A stretch of 64,000 nt of DNA from Thiotrichales bacterium (lineage in GTDB: Bacteria; Pseudomonadota; Gammaproteobacteria; GCF-002020875), in contig JABHVM010000011.1 in NCBI GenBank assembly GCA_018658305.1, positions 3,551 through 67,550 on the forward strand, written 5' to 3'. The notes below the pieces were generated by a model. It was not told the DNA's origin. It was given only the letters and a program-made list of their open reading frames with translations, and did no database searches. Each line of letters starts with the position of its first letter. Position 1 is the stretch's first letter. Both the position numbers and the translations under genes were made by a program. This document shows positions 1-10,087 of the stretch, one piece after another.

Positions 1-1
1 A

Positions 2-322
2 ATAAGCTTAAGTTTTTATCAGAAACTACTTTCGGTTGAGGTAGACAGAACTCGCCCTGATCTAGGGTATGAGGGGGTCTGGTTAAATGCTGGTGCGCAG
101 CAGATACACTTAATGCGACTGCCTAGCAGTGACCCCTCCACAGGGCGAGCAGCGCATGTTGGAAGAGATCGGCACGTTGCTTTTTTGGTAATGAATTTAT
201 CAGTCATCGAGAAGAGGTTAAAGCGTATGTCTATTAATTTTACTCGAAGTCAATCAGGGCGCTTAGCGCTATTTTGTCGTGACCCTGACGGGAATGGATT
301 GGAGTTTATTCAGGAAGTTTGA
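2..322 (+). CDS. VOC/glyoxalase-family protein, C-terminal part; the reading frame stays open to the window edge, so the gene is 5'-truncated by the window
   Basis: No stop codon from nt 2. The C-terminal motif RLALFCRDPDGNGLEF is typical of the glyoxalase/bleomycin-resistance fold. Confidence 0.45.
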   Translation: MSLSFYQKLLSVEVDRTRPDLGYEGVWLNAGAQQIHLMRLPSSDPSTGRAAHVGRDRHVAFLVMNLSVIEKRLKRMSINFTRSQSGRLALFCRDPDGNGLEFIQEV

Positions 323-333
323 GGGATAATTAG

Positions 334-360
334 AATAATTAGGGTTAGAGTGTGATTTAT
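334..360. repeat. 27-bp repeat family copy 1, preceded by a partial duplication of ATAATTAG
   Basis: AATAATTAGGGTTAGAGTGTGATTTAT, directly after the VOC gene stop. Confidence 0.7.
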
Positions 361-657
361 TTCCGCTAAAGTAATTGTTGGCTAAGTTGAATAAGGTATG
401 ATATTTTCCTACTGTTTACAGCTAATGTAGTAGCTTTAGGCAACTGTGAAGATAAGCATCTACTACACTGCTAACATTACTATTTGATCATTTGCTTTTA
501 GCTCTAATCAACAACCAATAATATAGCTGACTTGATTAGTGTAGAGTGCAAAAGTAAAGACCTGACCCTGTGGGTTAAAACTGTTCACTTAACTTCGCTT
601 GATATGGTATTATAATCTGTTATATATTATATTATGGATAGATGAAAAATAGATCTT

Positions 658-2181
658 ATGAATTCAACATCAATACTTAGTTTACTTATCTGGTTCCCCA
701 TCGTGGGCGGGCTGTTGACACTTATGATTGGCGACAAACGCGGCGTGTTTGGACGAGTTGCGGCACTCTTCTTCGCCATTGTTACTTTGATTATTTCGCT
801 CTCTCTATTGAGTGATTTTGATCGCTCTACCCATCTGATGCAGTTTGTGGAGCTCCTGCCGTGGATTGAGCCGTTCAGTATAAACTATCATCTTGGAGTT
901 GATGGTATCTCTATGCCATTTATTGTGTTGACTAGCTTTATTACTCTGATTGTGGTTATCGCAGGCTGGGAGGTGATTCAGGATCGCAATAGCCAATATA
1001 TGGCGGCGTTCTTGATAATGACAGGGTTGATGAATGGAGTCTTTGCGGCACTTGATGCGATTCTGTTTTACATTTTCTGGGAGGCGATGTTGATTCCGAT
1101 GTTTATCATTATCGGAGTTTGGGGTGGACCAAATCGAGTCTACGCTACTATAAAATTCTTTCTCTATACCTTCCTTGGTTCGGTCTTTATGTTGATATCG
1201 CTGCTCTGGTTGTATAGTGAGAGTGGTACATTCTCAATTCTTGCATACCATGATCTGCAGATAGGGATGACTGCGCAGCTCTTAATATTCTTCGCATTTC
1301 TCCTCGCCTTTGCGGTAAAGGTTCCAATGTGGCCAGTCCATACTTGGTTGCCAGATGCGCATGTGGAGGCTCCAACTGGAGGATCAGTGGTGCTTGCGGC
1401 TATTATGTTGAAGATGGGAGCTTACGGGTTTCTTCGCTTTAGTCTGCCGATTGTTCCAGATGCGAGTAGTGAACTAGATACATTTATGATTACGCTTTCG
1501 CTAATAGCGGTGGTCTATATAGGCTTTGTAGCGTTGGTGCAGCAAGATATGAAGAAGCTTATCGCCTACTCATCAATCTCACACATGGGTTTTGTTACTC
1601 TTGGATTCTTTATCCCATTTTTGATCTATAAAGATAGTGGAAGTATGGCTGGTGCTGCAATTGGTGTTGAGGGTGGGTTGGCGCAGATGATCTCGCATGG
1701 CTTTATCTCTGGAGCTATGTTCTTGAGTGTAGGGGTGCTCTATGATCGCCTCCACTCTCGTCAGATAAAAGATTATGGCGGTGTTGCTAAAACTATGCCG
1801 ATGTTTGCTGCCTTTATGCTCTTCTTCTCGATGGCGAATGCAGGGCTTCCTGGAACTTCTGGGTTTGTGGGAGAGTTTATGGTTATTCTGGGAGCGTTCC
1901 GTGCAGATTTCTGGATCGCTTTCCTCGCTGCGACTACGCTGATTGTTGGCGCTGCTTATACCCTCTGGATGTATAAGAGAGTGGTCTATGGTAAAGTGAC
2001 AAATGATGGAGTTGCTGCTCTTAAAGATATGAGCCGCAGAGAATTTTTAATGATGTCTATTTTGGCTCTGGCTATATTGGGGATGGGGCTATATCCTGCA
2101 CCAGTTGTTGATATTATGCACGCCTCAGTAGATCACCTATTAGAACAGATGATTACATCCAAGTGTGGGAGTTGTTTATGA
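658..2181 (+). CDS. nuoM: NADH-quinone oxidoreductase subunit M (antiporter-like membrane subunit)
   Basis: 507-aa polytopic membrane protein; the N-terminus and conserved core read as NuoM/ND4 (WLPDAHVEAPT, GGSVVLAAI). Confidence 0.9.
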   Translation: MNSTSILSLLIWFPIVGGLLTLMIGDKRGVFGRVAALFFAIVTLIISLSLLSDFDRSTHLMQFVELLPWIEPFSINYHLGVDGISMPFIVLTSFITLIVVIAGWEVIQDRNSQYMAAFLIMTGLMNGVFAALDAILFYIFWEAMLIPMFIIIGVWGGPNRVYATIKFFLYTFLGSVFMLISLLWLYSESGTFSILAYHDLQIGMTAQLLIFFAFLLAFAVKVPMWPVHTWLPDAHVEAPTGGSVVLAAIMLKMGAYGFLRFSLPIVPDASSELDTFMITLSLIAVVYIGFVALVQQDMKKLIAYSSISHMGFVTLGFFIPFLIYKDSGSMAGAAIGVEGGLAQMISHGFISGAMFLSVGVLYDRLHSRQIKDYGGVAKTMPMFAAFMLFFSMANAGLPGTSGFVGEFMVILGAFRADFWIAFLAATTLIVGAAYTLWMYKRVVYGKVTNDGVAALKDMSRREFLMMSILALAILGMGLYPAPVVDIMHASVDHLLEQMITSKCGSCL

Positions 2182-3659
2182 GTTTAAATAGTACAGACCT
2201 GTTTGCGGTAGCACCAGAAATAACTCTACTGACGATGGCTTGTGTAGTTCTTTTAGTCGATCTGTTTATCACAGATGAGGCTAGAGTAATTACCTGGCTT
2301 TTAACTTTAGGTTCACTTATATTAACAGCAATAGTGGTTGTAGTTGGGATGGGGGGCGAGGGGAGTGCAGGTTCACAGCTTCTGTTTGGAGGGTCACTAG
2401 TGCGAGATTCGATGGGGGATATACTAAAGATTTCAACTCTGCTGATTGGAGTTATGGTGTTCCTCTATTCAGGAAGTTATCAAAAAGAGCGCGATCTATA
2501 TCGTGGCGAGTATTTTGTATTGGGGCTGTTTGGAATATTGGGAATGATGATTTTAATCTCCTCCTACTCATTCCTTACTCTCTATCTTGGGTTAGAGCTG
2601 ATGTCACTTGCTATGTATGCGATGGTAGCTCTGCAGAGAGACTCTCTGCGTGCGTCTGAGGCTGCAATGAAGTACTTTGTGCTTGGAGCTCTCGCTTCAG
2701 GAATGCTCCTCTATGGAATCTCTATGCTCTATGGTGCAACTGAGTCGCTTAATTTGACAGAAGTTGCGGCTGTAGTGCAGCAGCAGGGTGGTGAGAAAGA
2801 TCTAAATTTAGTGCTTCTTTTTGGATTGGTCTTTGTGGTCTCTGGTATAGCATTCAAATTAGGAGCTGTACCGTTTCATATGTGGGTCCCAGATGTATAT
2901 CACGGTGCTCCCACTTCAGTTACACTCTATATTGGAAGTATTCCCAAAATTGCGGCATTTGCTTTAGTTATGCGTCTGTTGGTAGATGGGCTTGGAGAGA
3001 TGGTGGTTGATTGGCAGCAGATGTTGACTATATTGGCGCTGCTCTCTATGGCTATTGGTAATATAATTGCTATCGCTCAAACTAATCTAAAACGGATGTT
3101 GGCTTATTCAGGTATATCTCATATCGGATTCCTCCTTCTTGGTGTGTTAAGCGGAACAGAGGCAGGTTATGAGGCATCAATGTTCTATGTGATAACCTAT
3201 GCGTTTACTTCAGCTGGTGCTTTTGGAATGATTCTGTTGATGAGCAGTAAAGGGTTTGAGGCTGAGGAGATTAACGACTATAGAGGTTTGGCAAAACGGA
3301 GTCCATGGTTTGCGCTGATGATGATGATCTTGATGTTCTCAATGGCTGGAGTTCCTCCAACTGTTGGTTTCTATGCGAAACTTGCAGTGTTACAGCAGGT
3401 GGTTACAGCAGATATGGTTTGGCTAGCGGTTGCAGCAGTAGCGTTCTCAGTTATAGGAGCATTCTACTATCTTAGAGTGATAAAGGTTATCTACTTTGAT
3501 AAAGTGGATAGTGATGCTGAAATATCCTCACCACTAGCATCACCTAAATTTGAGTTAGAGCCTGTTGGTTTGACTCTATCGCTAAATGCACTAGTTGTAC
3601 TTGCTCTAGGACTCTTCCCTGGACAGTTGATGGTGTTGTGTCAAAGTGCTATAGGCTAG
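2178..3659 (+). CDS. nuoN: NADH-quinone oxidoreductase subunit N
   Basis: NuoN/ND2-like membrane protein. The likely start is the ATG at 2178, which overlaps the nuoM stop as ATGA; the ORF track opens earlier at 2163. Confidence 0.88.
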   Translation: MSLNSTDLFAVAPEITLLTMACVVLLVDLFITDEARVITWLLTLGSLILTAIVVVVGMGGEGSAGSQLLFGGSLVRDSMGDILKISTLLIGVMVFLYSGSYQKERDLYRGEYFVLGLFGILGMMILISSYSFLTLYLGLELMSLAMYAMVALQRDSLRASEAAMKYFVLGALASGMLLYGISMLYGATESLNLTEVAAVVQQQGGEKDLNLVLLFGLVFVVSGIAFKLGAVPFHMWVPDVYHGAPTSVTLYIGSIPKIAAFALVMRLLVDGLGEMVVDWQQMLTILALLSMAIGNIIAIAQTNLKRMLAYSGISHIGFLLLGVLSGTEAGYEASMFYVITYAFTSAGAFGMILLMSSKGFEAEEINDYRGLAKRSPWFALMMMILMFSMAGVPPTVGFYAKLAVLQQVVTADMVWLAVAAVAFSVIGAFYYLRVIKVIYFDKVDSDAEISSPLASPKFELEPVGLTLSLNALVVLALGLFPGQLMVLCQSAIG

Positions 3660-3690
3660 TAGGATAATTGGATCTTAAGGGAAATATAAT

Positions 3691-3963
3691 ATGAGTCGTG
3701 AGGTAAAGTATCTGCTAATAGCAATGTTAGGTACGATTATATTTATAGCTGCACTATTTCTCTTACGCTCAGTAATGGGGTTGAATGATATGCATAGCGT
3801 TCAGGAAGATAATAAAAATAAACTTACAGGGCAGGCATTTCTTGAGGAGCAAGCAGCAAAGGCAGCAGGAAAAGAGAAGAGGTCGCTAATGGGAGAGATT
3901 AATAGCGGTGCTAATTTATCTATTCAAGATAAGTTGAAACGGATTAGAGAGAGTAATAAGTAG
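3691..3963 (+). CDS. small hypothetical membrane protein (one TM helix, Lys/Glu-rich tail)
   Basis: 90-aa ORF with an N-terminal hydrophobic helix; a lone CTTAAGG motif lies just upstream. Confidence 0.35.
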   Translation: MSREVKYLLIAMLGTIIFIAALFLLRSVMGLNDMHSVQEDNKNKLTGQAFLEEQAAKAAGKEKRSLMGEINSGANLSIQDKLKRIRESNK

Positions 3964-3979
3964 TTACAGTAGTTATGAG

Positions 3980-5404
3980 TTAACCAGATATTGAGTCTAA
4001 TACTCCGCTTATTTTAAGATCTATCTCCTGTTGCTCATCTCTGCTTTTTGAGCCGTCAACAATTCCAGCACCAGCATATATCGTTGCTCTATCCTGTTCA
4101 ATCATTGCGCAGCGTAGTAGTACATGGATTTCACCATCTCCTTTAGAGTCTATCCATCCAGCTCCGCCACAGTATGCTCCGCGATTACTATTATGCTCAT
4201 TTTCTAACCATTCAAAAGAGTCAGCTCTAGGAGTTCCACATATTGCAGGGCTCTGATGGAGAGTCTCTATTAATTTAAAAATTGAGACACTATCCTGAAG
4301 CTCGCCAGTAATTGAGGTGAGAAGGTGTTGAATATTCCCAAGTTTACGGATTTTAGGTTTACGCTCAGAGTTTTGATTACGACAGAGTGAGGCAAGAGAG
4401 TTTCTAACAGCATCAACTACTATTCTATGTTCAATGTTTAGCTTCTTACTCGTTAAAAGTTTACTCTCTAGCTCTGCCTCCTCTGCTAAAGATGAACCCC
4501 TTTGTACTGTTCCAGCAAGTGCATCAGAGTTGATAATGTTTCCTCTTTTAGAGAAGAGTTTTTCAGGAGGAGAGGCTATAAATGTATGGGTGGAGTTTGA
4601 GAATGCAAATTGAGCGCTCTCTGGACTACTACTCTCTAAATTTTTTAGAGTTCTTTCGCTAGAGATCTTGCTTGGAAAGATAAAGTTTTTCTGTTGTCCA
4701 ATAACTAGTTTTTGGATGAGTGATTTTTCTGTCTTATCTTCTCTATCTTCTCTATCTTTTGTAGTGCTTATCGCGCGCTCTATAAGTCTGATGTTCTCGC
4801 TACTGTTACTCTTAATTTCAGTAGCTCTGAACTCAACTTCCTTGGTATTATCTGTATCTACTTCTGGAGGTTGTTGTAGAAGCTGGAGGAGTGATTCCCA
4901 CTCCTCCATTATCTGACTGCTTGAGTTATCTGTTGTATGAGAGAATATTATAGACTGTATTCCATTTTCGTTAAGAAGCTGAAGTTTAGGGAGCTTTAAA
5001 ACTGTATTAGGAAAGTTGCTCCACTCCCCATTCATCGGATCTTTTTCTGAGAATGCATATTGGAAGAGAACTCTCGGAGTTACTGAGCTACTCTCTTCAC
5101 TATCAAGATGGTTAAATATATCCCACGACTCGATTAATTGATTAAAGTGTGATTCAGCTTCTCTAAATCTATCTGTGCCGCTTAACTCTACACTCCAGCA
5201 GTCTCCCAGCGCAAGCACTCTCACTTTGCCTTTAGGGCTTCTCCAGTAGATGCTGTCTCTATATGGTGAAGAGGTGCAGCAAGGGGCTGTGAATGGTCTT
5301 TCATTAAATGGAATAATTATACTAATAACAGTTTTAAGATTACTGTTGGCGCTGTATATCATCTCCAGCTCTTGTTGGAGCTGCTGAATTAATGATTTTC
5401 TCAT
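3980..5404 (-). CDS. menF: isochorismate synthase (menaquinone-specific, MenF-type)
   Basis: Chorismate-binding C-terminal signature (GAYCGGAGWID ... AGAGIV). It lies immediately downstream of menD and menB on the same strand. Confidence 0.75.
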   Translation of the reverse strand: MRKSLIQQLQQELEMIYSANSNLKTVISIIIPFNERPFTAPCCTSSPYRDSIYWRSPKGKVRVLALGDCWSVELSGTDRFREAESHFNQLIESWDIFNHLDSEESSSVTPRVLFQYAFSEKDPMNGEWSNFPNTVLKLPKLQLLNENGIQSIIFSHTTDNSSSQIMEEWESLLQLLQQPPEVDTDNTKEVEFRATEIKSNSSENIRLIERAISTTKDREDREDKTEKSLIQKLVIGQQKNFIFPSKISSERTLKNLESSSPESAQFAFSNSTHTFIASPPEKLFSKRGNIINSDALAGTVQRGSSLAEEAELESKLLTSKKLNIEHRIVVDAVRNSLASLCRNQNSERKPKIRKLGNIQHLLTSITGELQDSVSIFKLIETLHQSPAICGTPRADSFEWLENEHNSNRGAYCGGAGWIDSKGDGEIHVLLRCAMIEQDRATIYAGAGIVDGSKSRDEQQEIDLKISGVLDSISG

Positions 5405-5443
5405 AGGTAAATATTATATAAGTCTTTAGAATATTGTAATTGA

Positions 5444-6277
5444 TTATGATCTATTTCTGTAGCTACTAAAATCAGGTTGGCGCTTTTCATTAAAGGCGTT
5501 GCGTCCCTCTTGTGCCTCGTCTGACATATAGTAGAGTGAGGTCGCATTTCCAGCTAGCTCCTGAATTCCAGCAATACCATCACTCTCAGCGTTAAATCCA
5601 GCTTTAAGCAGGCGGAGAGCGGTAGGGCTATGTTGAAGCATCTCTAGGCACCACTTAACAGTCTCCTCCTCTAGCCTCTCTAATGGCACTATGCAGTTTA
5701 CGAGCCCCATCTGAAGCGCGTCAGAGGAGCTATATTGACGACATAGAAACCAGATCTCTTTTGCCTTTTTAATTCCGACAGCACGCGTGAGAAGAGCGAC
5801 CCCAAACCCAGCATCAAAGCTTCCAACTTTAGGACCAGTCTGTCCGAAGATGGAATTTTCCGATGCAATAGAGAGATCACAAATAAGGTGGAGTACATGT
5901 CCACCGCCAATAGCGTAACCATTGACCATAGCTACTACTGGTTTAGGCAGGGTTCTAATCTGACGCTGCAGATCTAGTACATTAAGGTGTTCACCACCAT
6001 GTTCATCTTTATAGCCACTATCTCCCCTTATTTTTTGGTCTCCTCCAGAACAGAAGGCTATATCTCCAGCTCCTGTTAGGATGATAGCTCCTACCTCTTG
6101 ATCTAAATGGGCGTGGTGAAATGCATCTATTAACTCTATGACGGTTTCTGGTCTAAACGCATTACGCACTTCTGGACGATTGATGGTTATCTTAGCTATC
6201 CCCTGTTGTGGGGCGCCAGATTTTTCGTAGATAATATCTTTATAGTTGAGAGATGGCTCTCTGTTCCAGTTAGTCAA
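5444..6277 (-). CDS. menB: 1,4-dihydroxy-2-naphthoyl-CoA synthase
   Basis: Crotonase fold with the MenB-type motifs GGDQK and [12 protein letters not shown]. Confidence 0.88.
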   Translation of the reverse strand: MTNWNREPSLNYKDIIYEKSGAPQQGIAKITINRPEVRNAFRPETVIELIDAFHHAHLDQEVGAIILTGAGDIAFCSGGDQKIRGDSGYKDEHGGEHLNVLDLQRQIRTLPKPVVAMVNGYAIGGGHVLHLICDLSIASENSIFGQTGPKVGSFDAGFGVALLTRAVGIKKAKEIWFLCRQYSSSDALQMGLVNCIVPLERLEEETVKWCLEMLQHSPTALRLLKAGFNAESDGIAGIQELAGNATSLYYMSDEAQEGRNAFNEKRQPDFSSYRNRS

Positions 6278-8034
6278 AGTAGTGAGTCCCAGTATTGTTG
6301 TCGTAGTTTTTTGCTAAAGAGAGGATTAATAGTTAATTCTATCAGCTTGACCGAGTTCTGTTTAATGAGAGTTGGAAGTAATTTATCAAACTCAGTTTGC
6401 GTCTCTATTTTTTGGTACTCTATATTGTAGAGTGCAGCGGCTTTTTTAAAATCTAAATTAGTTGGAGTTAGCCAAAGTTCCTTAAACTCAGGTAGCTTGG
6501 CAGGAGGGAGCTGGCTAAAAATATTGCCACCACCATTATTAAGAATAATGATAGTTGTATTTCCCTTAATCTGTTGTGCAATGTAGAGTGCGTTGAGATT
6601 GTGAAAGATGGTTATGTCACCAAGTAGGGCAACCAGAGGAGTATCTGAATCAATAACTGAACGGATTCCACATAGAGTAGCGAGGTTACCATCAATACCA
6701 CTAGCGCCACGGTTGGCAAAAAGTTTTAGTGGTTTGGAGCGCTTTCCGAGCCAGCAATCTATATCTCGTATAGCCATAGAGTTTGCGCTGAACAGGACTC
6801 CATCTGCAGGGATTTCGCTCTTTATACTTTGTAAAATAGCCTGCTCACTTAATAGATCTAAATCTTTATTACTACTGCGTTTACCTATTGACCACGAATT
6901 TGCTTTAGCATTTAACTTTATTAAATTATCAGTTAAGAGCTGTTGTGTAGAGTTTACAGCTGGAGAGTGTTGGTTCTCTTTGAGCTCTGAATATAGTTCA
7001 CTACAGAATAGTGCTGGTTCTATCTCTATCCGTTTAGTAGATAGTGAGAGTGGATCGCTCCAGAGCTGTCTATGCTGTATGGTTATAAACTTTTTTGGTG
7101 GATGGTTATGGAGGTATCTATTAAGTGAACTAGATAGGGGGAATTTACCAAACTGGATGATCCACTCTATATGCACCCCTATCTGGATCTCTTCACTTAC
7201 TGCATCATAGTTTGTTATGAGTAGGTCATATTGTTGCGCTCTCCAGCGTAGATTGGAGAGTGAGTCAGCTAAGATCGGCACATTGAGCTGTTTCGATATT
7301 TTTTGAAGTTGTAGGGGGAATTTACTATTGTAAATCGCCTCTCCACAGATTATCAAGCCAGCACCAATTGATACTATTTCAGCACTCTCCTTAATTTGAT
7401 AAGTTGGAATTGGCAGCTCATTAAGTGCTATATTCTCCTGAATTGGTTTAGCTGAAATTTCTGGCGGTAGAGTGGATGGAAGGAGTGGCTCACGAAATGG
7501 GATATTAAGGTGGAGTGGTCCAGGTATTATGTTTTGGTTAGAGTTGTTGCTGCCTAGTTTGCCAATAAGAGTATCTACTAACTGTTGAATATATTCATCG
7601 CTATTTTTTATCTCATCAGGTGGAAGAATACTTTTGTTGAAGCGTACTTCAGCTCCAAAAATATTGTGTTGTTGAATAGTCTGATTCGCACCGCAGTTAT
7701 GGAGTTCTGGAGGGCGATCTGCGGAAAGTAGAAGTAGAGGCGTAGCTGAGTGGTTTGCCTCAACTACAGCAGGAAGCCAGTTAGCAACCGCACTTCCTGA
7801 AGTGCAGATTAGAGCCGTTGCTATCTTATCTACTTTACTTTGACCAAGTGCGAAAAATGCAGCATCGCGTTCATCAATAATTAACCAGTGTTGAGCATCT
7901 CTATTCCGAGATACTGCAAGAGTGAGAGGAGTGGAGCGAGAGCCTGGAGATATTACAAAGCGAGTAATTCCAGAACTTACTAACGATGCAATCAGCTGTT
8001 GAGACCATTGATAGTTGGCTAACCCTATATCCAT
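6274..8034 (-). CDS. menD: SEPHCHC synthase (2-succinyl-5-enolpyruvyl-6-hydroxy-3-cyclohexene-1-carboxylate synthase)
   Basis: 586-aa ThDP-enzyme architecture with a MenD-like N-terminus ([15 protein letters not shown]). It overlaps menB by 4 nt. Confidence 0.82.
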   Translation of the reverse strand: MDIGLANYQWSQQLIASLVSSGITRFVISPGSRSTPLTLAVSRNRDAQHWLIIDERDAAFFALGQSKVDKIATALICTSGSAVANWLPAVVEANHSATPLLLLSADRPPELHNCGANQTIQQHNIFGAEVRFNKSILPPDEIKNSDEYIQQLVDTLIGKLGSNNSNQNIIPGPLHLNIPFREPLLPSTLPPEISAKPIQENIALNELPIPTYQIKESAEIVSIGAGLIICGEAIYNSKFPLQLQKISKQLNVPILADSLSNLRWRAQQYDLLITNYDAVSEEIQIGVHIEWIIQFGKFPLSSSLNRYLHNHPPKKFITIQHRQLWSDPLSLSTKRIEIEPALFCSELYSELKENQHSPAVNSTQQLLTDNLIKLNAKANSWSIGKRSSNKDLDLLSEQAILQSIKSEIPADGVLFSANSMAIRDIDCWLGKRSKPLKLFANRGASGIDGNLATLCGIRSVIDSDTPLVALLGDITIFHNLNALYIAQQIKGNTTIIILNNGGGNIFSQLPPAKLPEFKELWLTPTNLDFKKAAALYNIEYQKIETQTEFDKLLPTLIKQNSVKLIELTINPLFSKKLRQQYWDSLL

Positions 8035-8039
8035 AAGTA

Positions 8040-8447
8040 CTAAAAGTTTTCGGGGCTTATTTTATGAAGCAGCTCTATAATCTCAGCTGGAAGAGGTATT
8101 GGTTCGTGGTTAATCGCAACATGGACGGTTCTTACCTGAGCTGCGACTGTCTCTCTATTATCATTAACTATAAATTTGGTAAGTAGAGTAAATGAACTGT
8201 TACCAATCATATCCACTTGAACAGATATCTCTAAAGAATCACCATGTCGAATAGGAAGTTTGTAGTCAGCTTCAGCATGGATGATGGGAAGAGAGTAACT
8301 TTTGTTCTCAATTATTTTAGTTATGGGAGTTCCATAAGATTCCATTATCTCTTCATAGCAGCTATGGGCAAGAGTGAAGAGGTTTGCAAAAAAAAGCAGT
8401 CCGGCAGAATCTACTTCATGGAGTTGAATTTTTCTCTTAATAATCAT
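8040..8447 (-). CDS. hotdog-fold acyl-CoA thioesterase, possibly the DHNA-CoA hydrolase of the men pathway
   Basis: 135-aa 4HBT-type sequence located between menC and menD. Confidence 0.55.
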   Translation of the reverse strand: MIIKRKIQLHEVDSAGLLFFANLFTLAHSCYEEIMESYGTPITKIIENKSYSLPIIHAEADYKLPIRHGDSLEISVQVDMIGNSSFTLLTKFIVNDNRETVAAQVRTVHVAINHEPIPLPAEIIELLHKISPENF

Positions 8448-8456
8448 CGTGCTCTT

Positions 8457-9422
8457 TTACTCCTCATTTAACCATTTTCCAGTATCAAGACCGTGTGCTA
8501 ACTGCTGCTCTGGATCTATAGCTAGGGCACACTGTATTGCAGAGTCTACTCCAATATGGCTCTCTAGAGTAGATGTTATTACAACCTCTACTCTATGTTG
8601 TTTGAACTGACGTGCTATTTTAACTGTGGTTTGAGGTCCACCGATAAGAGTAGGTTTGAGAACTACTCTACGCAGTTTATTGTTATTTAGTAGAGAGTGA
8701 AGCTCAAAGTGAGATATAGATTCATCTAGGGCGATAGGGAAGCTGCTTAGGTGTTGAAGTCTATTAATCTGCTCTAGAGTCGGATCTACTATTGGCTCCT
8801 CTAGTGATTCAACTCTATCTACTCCAGATAGTTCATTAAGAGCTCTGATAAATATTAGTGCCTGCTCCATACTCCATGCTTGGTTGGCATCTAATCTAAC
8901 CCTGTAGTGAGAGGGCAGGGTGTTAATAAGATCTTTTAGGAGCTCTATCTCAGATTCAACACTCTCGATTCCAATTTTTAACTTCACTATGGAGTTGCCA
9001 CTATTGTCAATTGTTGGTTGTTGTAGAGTGCCAGCTGCTTGGTTTACTCTGAGTGGTCTCACACTTTTTTGAATCTGGAGAGGGTTCTCTCCCAGCTTGC
9101 TCTGCAGGTCAATAATGGCAGATTCAACGCCACAACAAGCTGCAGGCATAGTGGTACGGTAATCTGCTAAGATCTCTAATAGTTCATTTAAAGTATATTT
9201 TTCTGTAATAGATACAAACTTTTCTAGTAGTGTTCTGCACTGCTCTATAGTCTCTGTTCCTAATATTGGAAGAGGTGCAGCATCTCCCTCTCCCTCTACA
9301 CTATTCTTACCATCTTCACTTATAGATACCCAGAAACCATCTCTAGTGTTGAGTTCTCCCCGGCTAGTTATCCATGGGTGTTTAAGTTCGATCTGGTAAG
9401 GGGTGATTTTAAGTTTATACAC
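8457..9422 (-). CDS. menC: o-succinylbenzoate synthase (enolase superfamily)
   Basis: 321 aa; the enolase-superfamily metal-ligand region RLDANQAW; men operon context. Confidence 0.7.
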   Translation of the reverse strand: MYKLKITPYQIELKHPWITSRGELNTRDGFWVSISEDGKNSVEGEGDAAPLPILGTETIEQCRTLLEKFVSITEKYTLNELLEILADYRTTMPAACCGVESAIIDLQSKLGENPLQIQKSVRPLRVNQAAGTLQQPTIDNSGNSIVKLKIGIESVESEIELLKDLINTLPSHYRVRLDANQAWSMEQALIFIRALNELSGVDRVESLEEPIVDPTLEQINRLQHLSSFPIALDESISHFELHSLLNNNKLRRVVLKPTLIGGPQTTVKIARQFKQHRVEVVITSTLESHIGVDSAIQCALAIDPEQQLAHGLDTGKWLNEE

Positions 9423-9427
9423 CAGTG

Positions 9428-10087
9428 TTACTTATCATCTAGGAGTGATATATATGCAAGTAAGTTGTTAAGATCAGTACTGCTATACCCTATAAATATA
9501 GAGTCACTACTTGCCTCTTCATCATGAACTCGCTCTCCAGACTGGTATGCGTTGATCTGTTTGAGAAGATATTTACTATATTGTCCCGCTAGAAATGGGA
9601 TATCTTTTTTCTCTTTACCCTCTCCATTTTGTCCGTGACAGCTTTTACATTCGTTATTATAGATGAGTTTGCCACCAGCATAATCACCGTCTATACGAGC
9701 AATATTTAGTAGTCTCTCGCTAAGGAGGAGTCTCTCATAAGCATTAAAATTATCTTTATCTATTATTGGTGGAAGTTTAGAGTAGAGTTTAATTCTGTTT
9801 ATATATGCAGAGACATTCAGAAGGTCCTCTTCTGGTAGTTCGCGCTCTTTAGTGTATGGAACCATAGGGTGGTTAAGCCGTTCATGGCTTTTGAAGAGGC
9901 GGAGCTCTTTCTCTAGATATTTGATAGGAAGACCAGCTAAGCGAGGATACTCACCATCTTTTCCTCCCTCGGCATACTCACCATGACAGCCAGCACATAC
10001 TTCATTTATCTCTTCGCCAATATCTAAATCAATGGCAACTGAGTTGTTTGTTAAGAGTAGAAGTGTGATTGCAATATATTTTTTCAC
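9428..10087 (-). CDS. periplasmic diheme c-type cytochrome at the distal end of the nos cluster
   Basis: Two CXXCH motifs (CAGCH, CKSCH) and a signal peptide. The likely GTG start at 10087 overlaps the nosY stop as TAGTG; the ORF track shows a longer upstream extension. Confidence 0.65.
   Translation of the reverse strand: MKKYIAITLLLLTNNSVAIDLDIGEEINEVCAGCHGEYAEGGKDGEYPRLAGLPIKYLEKELRLFKSHERLNHPMVPYTKERELPEEDLLNVSAYINRIKLYSKLPPIIDKDNFNAYERLLLSERLLNIARIDGDYAGGKLIYNNECKSCHGQNGEGKEKKDIPFLAGQYSKYLLKQINAYQSGERVHDEEASSDSIFIGYSSTDLNNLLAYISLLDDK

Noticed and set aside
323-657. tRNA or small RNA gene in the long AT-rich gap before nuoM
   Set aside because: No cloverleaf-compatible GC-rich stems are present. 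There is only a weak 8-bp inverted repeat (TGTAGTAG ... CTACTACA) with a loop of more than 30 nt.
4668-4916. 82-aa plus-strand ORF inside menF
   Set aside because: Antisense to a well-supported gene, with a low-complexity Ser/Leu-rich translation and no start context; an overprinting artefact.
6608-7210. 200-aa plus-strand ORF antisense to menD
   Set aside because: It lies entirely within the menD coding region on the opposite strand, has no family resemblance, and has a codon composition typical of the antisense frame.
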